Under the pieces are notes generated by a model. It did no database searches and had not been told where the DNA came from. It worked only from the letters and a program-made list of their open reading frames with translations. Shown one piece after another: positions 27,625 to 36,738 of a stretch of DNA of 57,864 nucleotides (position 1 is the first letter of the stretch; the number at the start of each line of letters is the position of its first letter). The DNA lies in IMG/VR virus record IMGVR_UViG_3300033141_002732; one strand, written 5' to 3'. The translations under genes and the position numbers were made by a program. The DNA is from a virus (Duplodnaviria > Heunggongvirae > Uroviricota > Caudoviricetes).

Positions 27625-28431
27625 ATGGGTTTATCATTATCGAATGTTATAGCAAGAGATTTACCAGATGCTTGGTTTCAATTAGTATTTAAAATTCTAG
27701 AAGAAGGAAAAGTTTTTACTATAGATGAGGGTTCATATGCTGGACAAAAAAGATTGGAATTTGATTATATAACTATACATATATTACATCCCAATTCTAG
27801 ACCATTGTTACCACATATAGAAAAACATTTTAATATACCAAATCCTAGTAGTGATGATTATTTAGATGAATATTGTTCATATTTGATGACACCTGTTGTT
27901 AAAGCTAATGAATCATATACATATGGACAAAGACTTACTAAATATCCAATTCCAGAAGAGTTATTAGTTCAAATGTTAACAAAAGGAAGTTTATTTTATA
28001 TGGATAAAGAATGCTGGGATAATCCTGATATAATAATTAGAGAAAATGATAAACTTTACTTAAATCAAATAGAGTGGTTGATCTGGACTTATAAAAATAA
28101 AGGTTTTAGAAATAATCAGATGGTATTACAAATAGCTCATCCAATTGATATGATTTTGCAAGATCCTTCATGTTTAAGAGAAATTGATACAAGAATACAA
28201 GATGGAAAAGTACACTTTTTTATAGAAATGAGAAGTTGGGATTTATGGAATGGTTTACCAAATAATTTAGCAGTTATTCAATTGTTAAAAGAATATATTG
28301 GAAGTTGTATTGGTATTCAAGATGGTGAAATTATAGCTAGATCAAAAGGTTTACATATATATGATTACTCTTTTGATACTGCTAAAATAATTAGAATGAA
28401 AGAAAGTATAAAATTAAAATCTGGAGAATAA
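27625..28431 (+). CDS. thyA: Thymidylate synthase (divergent, archaeal-like ThyA type)
   Basis: YTYGQR, PSCL, MRSWDLWNG.PNN and LHIY motifs. Confidence 0.8.
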   Translation: MGLSLSNVIARDLPDAWFQLVFKILEEGKVFTIDEGSYAGQKRLEFDYITIHILHPNSRPLLPHIEKHFNIPNPSSDDYLDEYCSYLMTPVVKANESYTYGQRLTKYPIPEELLVQMLTKGSLFYMDKECWDNPDIIIRENDKLYLNQIEWLIWTYKNKGFRNNQMVLQIAHPIDMILQDPSCLREIDTRIQDGKVHFFIEMRSWDLWNGLPNNLAVIQLLKEYIGSCIGIQDGEIIARSKGLHIYDYSFDTAKIIRMKESIKLKSGE

Positions 28432-28434
28432 ATT

Positions 28435-28887
28435 ATGATTGATATAACTGGTAATATGTTTACTCTTAGAAAATTTATTGATCTAGATGCTCTTTGTATA
28501 ACAACAAATGAAATTATAAAAAGAGATGGTAAAGCTGTAATGGGTGCTGGAGTTGCAAAACAAGCAAAAAATATTTTTTATAATATTGATAAAATTTTAG
28601 CTGATTTAATAAAGAAAAATGGACACATTACACAAGTTATTAAATTTGAACCGGATAGTTATTATTTGGTTTCTTTTCCTACAAAATATCATTGGAAAGA
28701 TAGATCTGATATAAGTTTAATTGAAAAATCAACAAAACAATTATTAGATTTAACTAATGAATATGAATGGAAAAAAGTTATCCTTCCAAGACCTGGTTGT
28801 TCAAATGGAGGTCTTAATTACATATCTCAAGTAAAACCTCTTCTTTCAAAATATTTAGATGATAGATTTTTTATTATTACTAAATAG
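28435..28887 (+). CDS. Macrodomain protein
   Basis: TTN..IK.DG.AVMGAGVAKQ, FPTK.HW and PRPGC.NG.L motifs. Confidence 0.85.
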   Translation: MIDITGNMFTLRKFIDLDALCITTNEIIKRDGKAVMGAGVAKQAKNIFYNIDKILADLIKKNGHITQVIKFEPDSYYLVSFPTKYHWKDRSDISLIEKSTKQLLDLTNEYEWKKVILPRPGCSNGGLNYISQVKPLLSKYLDDRFFIITK

Positions 28888-28907
28888 AAAGTGATATTAT
28901 AAAATGA

Positions 28908-29291
28908 ATGAAGAATATAAATGTGAATGTAATAATAAATAATAAAAGTTTTTTATGTCCTAAATGTCATGGATCTAAAGAATTAGATTGGGTTGAAAAC
29001 ATTGTTGGAAAAAAACAACGATCCGATGATGAAATAATTCAAATGGTTAAGAAAGATTGTAGATATAATGTTATAGAATCTTTTAAAGAATTTTATAATA
29101 TTTTGATGAATAAAATTAGAAATGATTTACAATACTTATCAGATACTAATTAAATAGATAGTGATTTTCAAATTCTTAAACCAGAAGACCGTAATTATAT
29201 AGAAATTCATATTAAAGTAAATACAACTGATTTTTGTATAAGATATGATTTAGATATAAATATGAATATTGGGGGTATAAATGAAATGTAG
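28908..29291 (+). pseudogene. CxxC-DWVE family protein with an in-frame TAA at 29151-29153 (ORF track stops at 29153)
   Basis: The same frame stays open for 45 more codons to TAG 29289-91. The extension resembles the C-terminus of paralog 29281-29718. Confidence 0.6.
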
Positions 29292-29718
29292 TCATTGTAA
29301 TGGAAATCCAAAATATGGAGATCTTTGTTGTTCACATTGTAGAGGAAAAGAAGATATAGATTGGCTTGAAAATATTTTTGGAGTATCTAGATATTTTTTA
29401 CCAGAAAAAATATGGATAAAACAATTTAGTAAATTTCCAGAAGACTTTTTTACAAATGTTACAATTAGACTAAAATATTATTTAAAAGAAATTTGTGCAC
29501 TTCATATTAGAATTTTCGAATTTGAACTTTTGACAAAATACTTGACTTTGTTTAAAGAGTTTAAAGATTCGATAATAACAAGTTTAGAAGTACCAGATGT
29601 TAAAAAAGATTTAATTTCTTATCAAATTAATTTTTTGGAAAAACAAAAGATAATAGAAATTAGATTATGTTTATGTGATCAAACAAAACTGAGATATGAA
29701 GTTACTTTAACTAGTTAG
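29281..29718 (+). CDS. CxxC-DWLE zinc-finger family protein
   Basis: CSHCNG..CSHCRG..DWLENIFG. Confidence 0.65.
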   Translation: MKCSHCNGNPKYGDLCCSHCRGKEDIDWLENIFGVSRYFLPEKIWIKQFSKFPEDFFTNVTIRLKYYLKEICALHIRIFEFELLTKYLTLFKEFKDSIITSLEVPDVKKDLISYQINFLEKQKIIEIRLCLCDQTKLRYEVTLTS

Positions 29719-29821
29719 AACAAATAATAAATAAAATTATTTTTAAGGTTAATTAGTTGTAGAAATAGAGTTGAAGTTTATATAAAACCGATTAAAACTT
29801 TACAACTTTATGTAATAAATT

Positions 29822-31219
29822 TTGAATGGTGAGGTTATTATAATGTTAAGTAATTATGTATGTGCAGGATTTGAAACATTATCTAGTATTACTGATAGAT
29901 TTATAAAGAGTGAATTTTTTGATAATCATTTTTCTAGAAATGATATATCAAATTTTTTTGATAATAATTGTAATAAATTTTTACATTCTTTTGGTCAAAA
30001 TTTTACTGGTAAAAAGAGATATGATAAATATATAGAATCAGAATATAAATTATTGAAGAAATGTAGAGATACAGAGTTTTTTCAAAATAGTATATTTATG
30101 GTAGATAGCGGCGGGTTTCAAGCTTCTATTGGAAGGATAAATAAAGATGAAACTGAAAAGTTAATTAGTTTATATCATGAATTCTTAGAAAAATATTATA
30201 ATGTTTTTGATAGAGCTTTTACACTTGATCTACCTCCAGGACCTGGTTGTAAATTATTCAGTAATTTTGATGATGTTTATAAATTTAATTCTAGAACATA
30301 TAACCTTGCTAAAAATTTACCAAATCATGTTAGAGAGAAAATGGTATATATTCATCATTTTCGAACTCCAAGATTATGGGACATATTTACTGATATATTA
30401 AAAACAGGAGATATGTTTAACTATTTTAATTATCATGCAACTGGTGGAATTGTTGCAAATATGACATCTGATATAGCTATACCATGTATTATTTATATTT
30501 TACCTTTAATACCACTAATAAATCAGGCTTTGAAATATGATAGAGAAAAATTGAATTTTCATATATTGGGTGGTGCTAACTTTCGAGATATATTTTTTTA
30601 TGAATTAATTAGACTTCATCTTTTAAATTTATATGGATTAGAAGTAGAAATTACATATGATTCATCTGGTCTGTTTAAAGGATTGATGGTTGGAAGATTT
30701 ATTCATATTATAAAAGATGATGATATATATAAAGCAGATTTGAGAACTAATTCATTAAATAAAAGATTTAGAGAAGATGAAAAAATTATTGATGTATATA
30801 GAAATTCTATATTTAATATGTCATCAAAATATAATTTTAAGAGAATTTTAATGCAAAAAATTTATGATAATAATACAGGAACATTTTTTGAAGAAGTTAG
30901 AATATATTCTCTTTTATATATGTTATATACTTTTGGAGAAGTCCAAAATAAATTGAGAAAATTAGCAAAGGAAATATACCCTCTTTTTACTTCTGAAAAT
31001 TATTCTAGTTTTTGTGAAGAAGTTAATAAGGTAACGAAAAGAGTGAATGAGGGAAAAATAACCAGAAAACAAAAAGCAAAATCTTCTAGTATTATCAATT
31101 CATTAAATATGTTAACAAATTTAGATGAGGATTATTGTAAATATATAGTTTCTAAATTTTTAAGTAAAGATGAATTTATAGAATTAATTGATAAAAATAG
31201 AGAGGTGATGAAATTTTGA
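29822..31219 (+). CDS. TGT-fold protein, probable DpdA-like DNA guanine transglycosylase
   Basis: MVDSGGFQ, TLDLP, HILG and YDSS motifs of the TGT/DpdA fold; queC and queE occur in the same window. Confidence 0.7.
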   Translation: MNGEVIIMLSNYVCAGFETLSSITDRFIKSEFFDNHFSRNDISNFFDNNCNKFLHSFGQNFTGKKRYDKYIESEYKLLKKCRDTEFFQNSIFMVDSGGFQASIGRINKDETEKLISLYHEFLEKYYNVFDRAFTLDLPPGPGCKLFSNFDDVYKFNSRTYNLAKNLPNHVREKMVYIHHFRTPRLWDIFTDILKTGDMFNYFNYHATGGIVANMTSDIAIPCIIYILPLIPLINQALKYDREKLNFHILGGANFRDIFFYELIRLHLLNLYGLEVEITYDSSGLFKGLMVGRFIHIIKDDDIYKADLRTNSLNKRFREDEKIIDVYRNSIFNMSSKYNFKRILMQKIYDNNTGTFFEEVRIYSLLYMLYTFGEVQNKLRKLAKEIYPLFTSENYSSFCEEVNKVTKRVNEGKITRKQKAKSSSIINSLNMLTNLDEDYCKYIVSKFLSKDEFIELIDKNREVMKF

Positions 31220-31596
31220 TAAAGAAAATAATTAGTATATTTAAAAATAAAAAACCAAAAAATGAAATTGAACCTTTGATTAGGACTAAAGTAAAATTAT
31301 TAGAAGGTGAAAGTTACTGCGAACATTGTAATGGAACTGGTTTTAGTAAGGAAGATAATTTATATTTTTGTCCACATTGTTTAGGAACCGGAAAGTTTGA
31401 CTGGATTGAAAAAATAGTTGGAAAAAATTCCGGAGTTGGAACTTCTGGAACAAGTGGATTATCTGGTTCTAGTGGAACAAGTGGAAGTAGTGAACATTTT
31501 TCTGGTGGAGTATTTCATAATGATAAAAATAATAATAATTTTGGAGACTTTACACTTGAAAATCATTCATTAGCTGAATATAATGGAGATTTATAG
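31216..31596 (+). CDS. CxxCxGxG-DWIE protein with a GTSGSSG repeat insert
   Basis: CEHCNGTG..CPHCLGTGKFDWIEKIVG, followed by Ser/Gly/Thr repeats. Confidence 0.7.
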   Translation: MIKKIISIFKNKKPKNEIEPLIRTKVKLLEGESYCEHCNGTGFSKEDNLYFCPHCLGTGKFDWIEKIVGKNSGVGTSGTSGLSGSSGTSGSSEHFSGGVFHNDKNNNNFGDFTLENHSLAEYNGDL

Positions 31597-31607
31597 AAGG
31601 TGATATT

Positions 31608-31892
31608 ATGATGAGTTTTATTCGAAAAAAAAAAAATAAATTTTTTAACAGAAAGAAAGTTAAATTATTTGATGATGAATCATATTGTAGATTTTGTAAT
31701 GGAACTGGATTACAAAAAAATAAATTTACTTGTTCAAAATGTCCTGGGACCGGTAAATTCGATTGGATTGAAAAAATAACTGAAACAAAATCCATACTTC
31801 TTAATAATGATATAATTGATTATATAACAATTTCTACTCCGGTTAATACAACTGATTTTGGTGATTTAACTAATAATGTGTATATAAAATGA
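31608..31892 (+). CDS. CxxCxGxG-DWIE zinc-finger protein
   Basis: CRFCNGTG..CSKCPGTGKFDWIEKI. Confidence 0.7.
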   Translation: MMSFIRKKKNKFFNRKKVKLFDDESYCRFCNGTGLQKNKFTCSKCPGTGKFDWIEKITETKSILLNNDIIDYITISTPVNTTDFGDLTNNVYIK

Positions 31893-32110
31893 GAATACCA
31901 AATTTTCGAAAAAAGAATAAAAAAGTTAAATTAGGAGAAAATGAATATTATTGTAAACATTGTAATGGAACAGGTTATGAAAAATTTAGAGTACGTTGTC
32001 CATATTGTGAAGGTACTGGTAAACTTGATTGGATTGAAAATATAATAGGTAGAAAAAGTCAACAAATTTCTGATTCTTCTTCTGTAATACATACCTATAT
32101 ACCTATATAA
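31889..32110 (+). CDS. CxxCxGxG-DWIE zinc-finger protein
   Basis: CKHCNGTG..CPYCEGTGKLDWIENIIG. Confidence 0.7.
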   Translation: MRIPNFRKKNKKVKLGENEYYCKHCNGTGYEKFRVRCPYCEGTGKLDWIENIIGRKSQQISDSSSVIHTYIPI

Positions 32111-32143
32111 TTTAATTATTAGATTTTTGGAGATTCTTTTATT

Positions 32144-32407
32144 ATGAATAAAAAAGTAATGATTTCAATATTTGTTACAATTATATTAGCTTTATGTGGT
32201 TGGTTAGTAAATGCTCAATCTAATAGAGATAAGAACCAAGATACAAGAATAGAAATAATTGATAAAAAACATGACCAAAAAGTTGATAATGAAACAATGC
32301 AAATGATTATTAAACAAATGGGAAAACAATTTGATAGATTATATGATGAAGTAAAAGATTTAAGAAAAAATCAAATTGATTTACGAAAGAAGACAGATGA
32401 TAAATGA
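32144..32407 (+). CDS. Small membrane-anchored coiled-coil protein
   Basis: N-terminal TM segment followed by a coiled coil. Confidence 0.55.
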   Translation: MNKKVMISIFVTIILALCGWLVNAQSNRDKNQDTRIEIIDKKHDQKVDNETMQMIIKQMGKQFDRLYDEVKDLRKNQIDLRKKTDDK

Positions 32408-32661
32408 ATTTTTATATTTGTTCTAAATGTTATGGTACTGGTTTTGTTGATAGTGAAGTTGTATGTCCAAAATGTAATGGAAAAAAAATACTTGATTGGA
32501 TAGAAAATATAACTGGTGTATATGATAACAAAAATAAATTATCAATAAAGAAATTTATAAGTAGTAAACATCCGAATAGAGTAAAAGAAGGAATGATATA
32601 TTATAATGTTGATCAAAATAAAAATTATATTTATTTAGAAGGTAAGTGGAATAAATTATGA
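32404..32661 (+). CDS. CxxCxGxG-DWIE zinc-finger protein
   Basis: CSKCYGTG..CPKCNGKKILDWIENITG. Confidence 0.7.
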   Translation: MNFYICSKCYGTGFVDSEVVCPKCNGKKILDWIENITGVYDNKNKLSIKKFISSKHPNRVKEGMIYYNVDQNKNYIYLEGKWNKL

Positions 32662-32869
32662 AAAAATATAAATGTCATATTTGTAATGGATAGACGAAAA
32701 CAAATGTTCTTTTTGTAAAGGAAAAGGAAAATTAGATTGATTAGAAAATATTTTTGGAATTCAAGGACATATTTATGTAAAATCTGGAGTATATGTAAAA
32801 GAAATAGATTTATCTGAAGCTGTTCCAACAATAAATTTTGATAATGTATCTTTGGAAATGGAGAAATAA
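32658..32869 (+). pseudogene. Degenerate CxxC-DW.E family member (frameshift plus TGA at the conserved Trp)
   Basis: MKKYKCHICNG, frameshift near 32690, then DENKCSFCKGKGKLD*LENIFG with TGA at 32738-40. Confidence 0.75.
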
Positions 32870-32996
32870 TATTAACTTCAAAATAGTCATATAAAGATTC
32901 TAATGCTGAAATAACTAATTATATGAGTGATGAATGTATAAATATTTTATCGAAACAACTTTCTAAAAAAATTGTTGAAGATATTATGAGAATGTA

Positions 32997-34511
32997 TTGG
33001 AGAGCGAAAAAATGATAACTGAACTTTTTTTAAATTCTTGTTTTTCAGTTATACTTTGTAAAAAATCAAAAATTGTAAAAAATAAAACATTATATCGAGA
33101 TATTCTTGAGATTTTAAGTTTTTATGAGAAAAAAGAAAAGATAGAAATACCAGTAATTGTTTCAAATAAATTACAATGTTTAAGAAAAATTTGTAATATG
33201 TTAATTGAAGATAAAACTATTGATACAATTATAGATAGTGTATCTTTTGGAGAAAAATTTGCTGAGTTTAGAGATTTTTTAACTAGTAAATGTGAAGAAG
33301 AAATAAGAGATAATAAAGCAGATGAAATTATAAAACAAATAAGACTTCGAAAAAAAATCAATGGTTTATTTTCAAATTATGATAGTTTAAGTGATGTACT
33401 TGATTCAATTAGAGAAGGTTCATTTGAATCAATAGATAATTTAATAGAAGATTATGAAGTTACTATAAAACAACTATATTCTAATATGATGGAGAGTAAT
33501 AGAATAGTTAATGTGGAAGCTTCTTCATCTATTGATTTAATAAAAGATAATTATGAGCATGTTATAAAATTAATTCAGAAAAAATACGAAAGAAAAAATA
33601 CTACTTCAACTGGTTTTTCTATTTTTGATAATCAAATTTTACATGGTGGCTTTGAACCTTCTAGATTATATATTTTCGGTGGGGGATCTGGTTCTGGTAA
33701 ATCTACATTATTAAATAATTTAATTGTTAATTCTGCTACTTCAAAAATCCAAACATTTAATAGAGAAGAAGCTACTAAAAATAAAGATGGAATTAATAAA
33801 GTTTATATATATATAACATTAGAAAATACGATTGATGAAGCTTTATTAAGAACATATCAACCATTATTTTCAAAAAATTTAAATGAAGTTCTTTCTGAAA
33901 TAAGTAGTGGAGTAGATATACGAGAAAGAATTTCATCTGAATTGAGCAAAAATGGTAGTACTATTATTATGAAATATTTTCCAGCTATGAGTATTTCTGT
34001 TATTGATTTAATGATGGTAGTTGATGATATTATTTCTCAGTATGGAAAAGAATATATAAAAGGAATATATGTTGATTACTTAGATCTTTTAAAAACAGAT
34101 ATGAATTATGATTTATACCGATTACAATTAGGACATGTTACTCTTTCATTAAAAACTTTTGCTGTAGAATATAATATACCGGTAATAACTGTTAGTCAAC
34201 TAGGAAGAAGTGCTTATGAAATTAAAGATTCCGAAAGTTTAAGTTTAACACAGATGTCGGAGTCTATAAAGAAAATAGAACATGCTGATTTTGTTTGTTT
34301 ACTTGGAAAAGATAAACACGATGATAGTAAAGTTCATATGAGAGTTGGTAAAAATAGAAGTGGTCCATCTAATATTTCTTTAACATTTAAAGTAGATTTT
34401 AATTTGTTTAAATTTATTCATGGGAGTAGAGTTTCTAATTCTGCAAAGAATGATATTATGAAAGATATAAAACAAGGTGGTTTTATAGGTTTTGATGATG
34501 ATACATTTTAA
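32997..34511 (+). CDS. DnaB/T4 gp41-like replicative helicase
   Basis: GGSGSGKS Walker A, ITLE, YVDYLDLL, VSQLGR, SESIKKIEHAD, KNRSG motifs. Confidence 0.9.
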   Translation: MESEKMITELFLNSCFSVILCKKSKIVKNKTLYRDILEILSFYEKKEKIEIPVIVSNKLQCLRKICNMLIEDKTIDTIIDSVSFGEKFAEFRDFLTSKCEEEIRDNKADEIIKQIRLRKKINGLFSNYDSLSDVLDSIREGSFESIDNLIEDYEVTIKQLYSNMMESNRIVNVEASSSIDLIKDNYEHVIKLIQKKYERKNTTSTGFSIFDNQILHGGFEPSRLYIFGGGSGSGKSTLLNNLIVNSATSKIQTFNREEATKNKDGINKVYIYITLENTIDEALLRTYQPLFSKNLNEVLSEISSGVDIRERISSELSKNGSTIIMKYFPAMSISVIDLMMVVDDIISQYGKEYIKGIYVDYLDLLKTDMNYDLYRLQLGHVTLSLKTFAVEYNIPVITVSQLGRSAYEIKDSESLSLTQMSESIKKIEHADFVCLLGKDKHDDSKVHMRVGKNRSGPSNISLTFKVDFNLFKFIHGSRVSNSAKNDIMKDIKQGGFIGFDDDTF

Positions 34512-34586
34512 GAACAGATCTATTTCTAATTAGTATATTATTATAGAACAAAAAATAAAGTAAAAAAGACAGGAGGTTATAATAAC

Positions 34587-35408
34587 ATGTCTAAGAAAGT
34601 TTCATATTTAAGTATGTTAAAAGAAGCTATTCAGGAATTTGATACGACAAAAACAGTTGACGTAAAAGGTCCTATGCTTGATCCAATTTTGTCTTATAGT
34701 GGAGATGGGGAACTTCCAACTCAGAAAGATGCTGCTAGTATTCTAGAAAGATATTACTTCAATGAAAAAGATGATTCTAATGTTGAAGTTTCTGATGATG
34801 AGGAAGAAAATGTTACTGAAAATAAAGATCCTATTGATAATCCAATAGATGAAGTTCCAGATGAAAATATTCCTAAAACTAAAGATGAAATTGAAGATGC
34901 TGTTACAGAAGCTGAAGAGAAAAATGAGGATGAAGAGAAACCTGAAGAAGATGAAGTAGAGGAATCTGAAAAGATTTCTGAAGCTGAAGAAAGTTTAGAT
35001 GAAATGGAAAATGCTATTATTGAAAAATTGATTTCTGAAATGGAAGGGGAAAAAGATGAGGAAGAGGAAAAAGATGAGAAACCTGAGGAAGAGGTAGAAG
35101 AAAATAATAGATTTGAAGGTGATAGAGGAGAAGGAACTGAAGCAGCTGGAACTGGTTCTGATGATAATCTAATACCTGATAGGGATCAAGAAGGTTCTGA
35201 TTTAGCTTCTGGAAAAGAGTTAAAAGAGCAAGATGAAGAATTAGATGTTGATGAAGAATTAAAAGATGAAGAGGAAGTAGAAGAAAATGTTAAAGAACAA
35301 AAAGATGAAGATACAGGAGCTCCTCGTCCTTTAGAGAAAGTTGGAAAAGGAGATGTAGAAGAAGCTTTTAAAATCTTTAAAGAGCAAATTGAACAAGATT
35401 CTGAATAA
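34587..35408 (+). CDS. Highly acidic protein, probable prohead core or scaffold component
   Basis: Very E/D-rich; opens the head operon after a class B motif. Confidence 0.45.
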   Translation: MSKKVSYLSMLKEAIQEFDTTKTVDVKGPMLDPILSYSGDGELPTQKDAASILERYYFNEKDDSNVEVSDDEEENVTENKDPIDNPIDEVPDENIPKTKDEIEDAVTEAEEKNEDEEKPEEDEVEESEKISEAEESLDEMENAIIEKLISEMEGEKDEEEEKDEKPEEEVEENNRFEGDRGEGTEAAGTGSDDNLIPDRDQEGSDLASGKELKEQDEELDVDEELKDEEEVEENVKEQKDEDTGAPRPLEKVGKGDVEEAFKIFKEQIEQDSE

Positions 35409-35435
35409 TCTTTTTCTATATAAAAATATTCTAAT

Positions 35436-35473
35436 ATTGGTTAGCAATGGTTTATAATACATTACTAACCAAT
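35436..35473 (+). terminator. Hairpin after the acidic protein gene
   Basis: ATTGGTTAG/CTAACCAAT 9-bp stem with an inner AATG/CATT pairing. Confidence 0.45.
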
Positions 35474-35492
35474 TAATAAGGAAAATAGAATT

Positions 35493-35804
35493 ATGGGTGA
35501 AGTACATAAAGTAAGAATAAGAACTCCTGGAAAAATTATTTTATTTAAAAATAAAACAATTAGGACACCTACTGAAATTATAGTACATACAAATGATGAA
35601 TTAGTATATATAAAATCTCAAATTATTTCGAAAAATATTGATAATTATAAAATTATGTCTTTTGACAATAAAGAAATAAATTTAGAAAAAAATGATAATA
35701 TTGTTTTAATAGAAGAAATAGAAGAAGCAGAAACTAATAAAATTGAAGATGAAAACGAAAATTTATCTACATTAGATAAATTAATAAAAGAGGAAGAATT
35801 ATAA
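35493..35804 (+). CDS. Hypothetical protein (head module)
   Basis: ORF track. Confidence 0.55.
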   Translation: MGEVHKVRIRTPGKIILFKNKTIRTPTEIIVHTNDELVYIKSQIISKNIDNYKIMSFDNKEINLEKNDNIVLIEEIEEAETNKIEDENENLSTLDKLIKEEEL

Positions 35805-36065
35805 ATGAAAGAAATTAATTTTTTTCTGAAGTGGGTAAAAAATAATAAAGTTACTGTAGAGGATGATGATTCTAGATCTCTAGTAGAATATGCTTCTGAA
35901 TTATCTAAAATTTTTCAAAATAATGAAATTCCAATATTAGAATTATCTAATTCAGTTTTGTTGTTTAGAGCGAATGATTTATCTTTTATTGAAATTAAGA
36001 ATATTGAAGAAAAGGTAGAAGATAGTCAAGAAGAACATAAAGATATTATTAAGGATATAGAATAA
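35805..36065 (+). CDS. Hypothetical protein (head module)
   Basis: ORF track. Confidence 0.55.
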   Translation: MKEINFFLKWVKNNKVTVEDDDSRSLVEYASELSKIFQNNEIPILELSNSVLLFRANDLSFIEIKNIEEKVEDSQEEHKDIIKDIE

Positions 36066-36490
36066 TGACATTTTTAATAATTCAAACTATTACTTTAATT
36101 TTTGCTTTATTATTTTTTTATTCCTTTCATAATAATCAAACCAGAAAAGAAAGACGAGAACAAATTACTAAATTTCCTTCCTATATTATAGTATTAGAAC
36201 ATCATCTAGAAAAAGCATATCAAATTATTTATAAAGATAAAATTTTGATTTATTCAATGGAAGGATCTAAAGTTGATGATAAAAATTTTAATATGATATT
36301 AAAAGATTTTACAAATTTAGTTTTAAAATTATTGGGTCCGACATTGAAAAATGAATTTATAAATTTATATGGAGATTATGATACTTTTTTATTAAATATT
36401 CTTGAATATTTTAATTCTAAATATGAAGAAGATGAAGTTAGAAAAGCATCAGTAGAATCAATTATGGAAAAAGATACTGTGGAGGATTAA
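36065..36490 (+). CDS. Membrane-anchored hypothetical protein
   Basis: N-terminal hydrophobic helix. Confidence 0.55.
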   Translation: MTFLIIQTITLIFALLFFYSFHNNQTRKERREQITKFPSYIIVLEHHLEKAYQIIYKDKILIYSMEGSKVDDKNFNMILKDFTNLVLKLLGPTLKNEFINLYGDYDTFLLNILEYFNSKYEEDEVRKASVESIMEKDTVED

Positions 36491-36492
36491 TT

Positions 36493-36732
36493 ATGTTATT
36501 ATCTAAATATTTAGATTTGTTACAAAGTGAAGCGAAAAGAACTAGCAGAGCTGTAATTTCAAGACAAACAAAAATAAAAAAAGCAACTGGTCAATTATCT
36601 AGTATAGAAGCTAGAAAGAAAAATGATCCTCTTTATAAAAGAATGAAATTTTATCGAGATAAATATTATTATTATAGAAATTTAATTCATAAAAAATATT
36701 CACCAAGAGTTAGAAGTAAAGCAAGGAGATAA
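36493..36732 (+). CDS. Small basic protein, possibly a gp68-like prohead core protein
   Basis: K/R-rich; directly before the portal gene. Confidence 0.4.
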   Translation: MLLSKYLDLLQSEAKRTSRAVISRQTKIKKATGQLSSIEARKKNDPLYKRMKFYRDKYYYYRNLIHKKYSPRVRSKARR

Positions 36733-36738
36733 TTATTA

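Noticed and set aside
32738-32740. Genome-wide stop-codon reassignment (TGA=Trp)
   Set aside because: Long genes are intact under code 11 and use TGG for Trp, and several end in TGA. The gene with the internal TGA also has a frameshift, so it is a pseudogene.
34587-35408. Nucleotide repeat array in the acidic protein gene
   Set aside because: The GAA/GAT richness reflects Glu/Asp composition; there is no discrete repeat unit.
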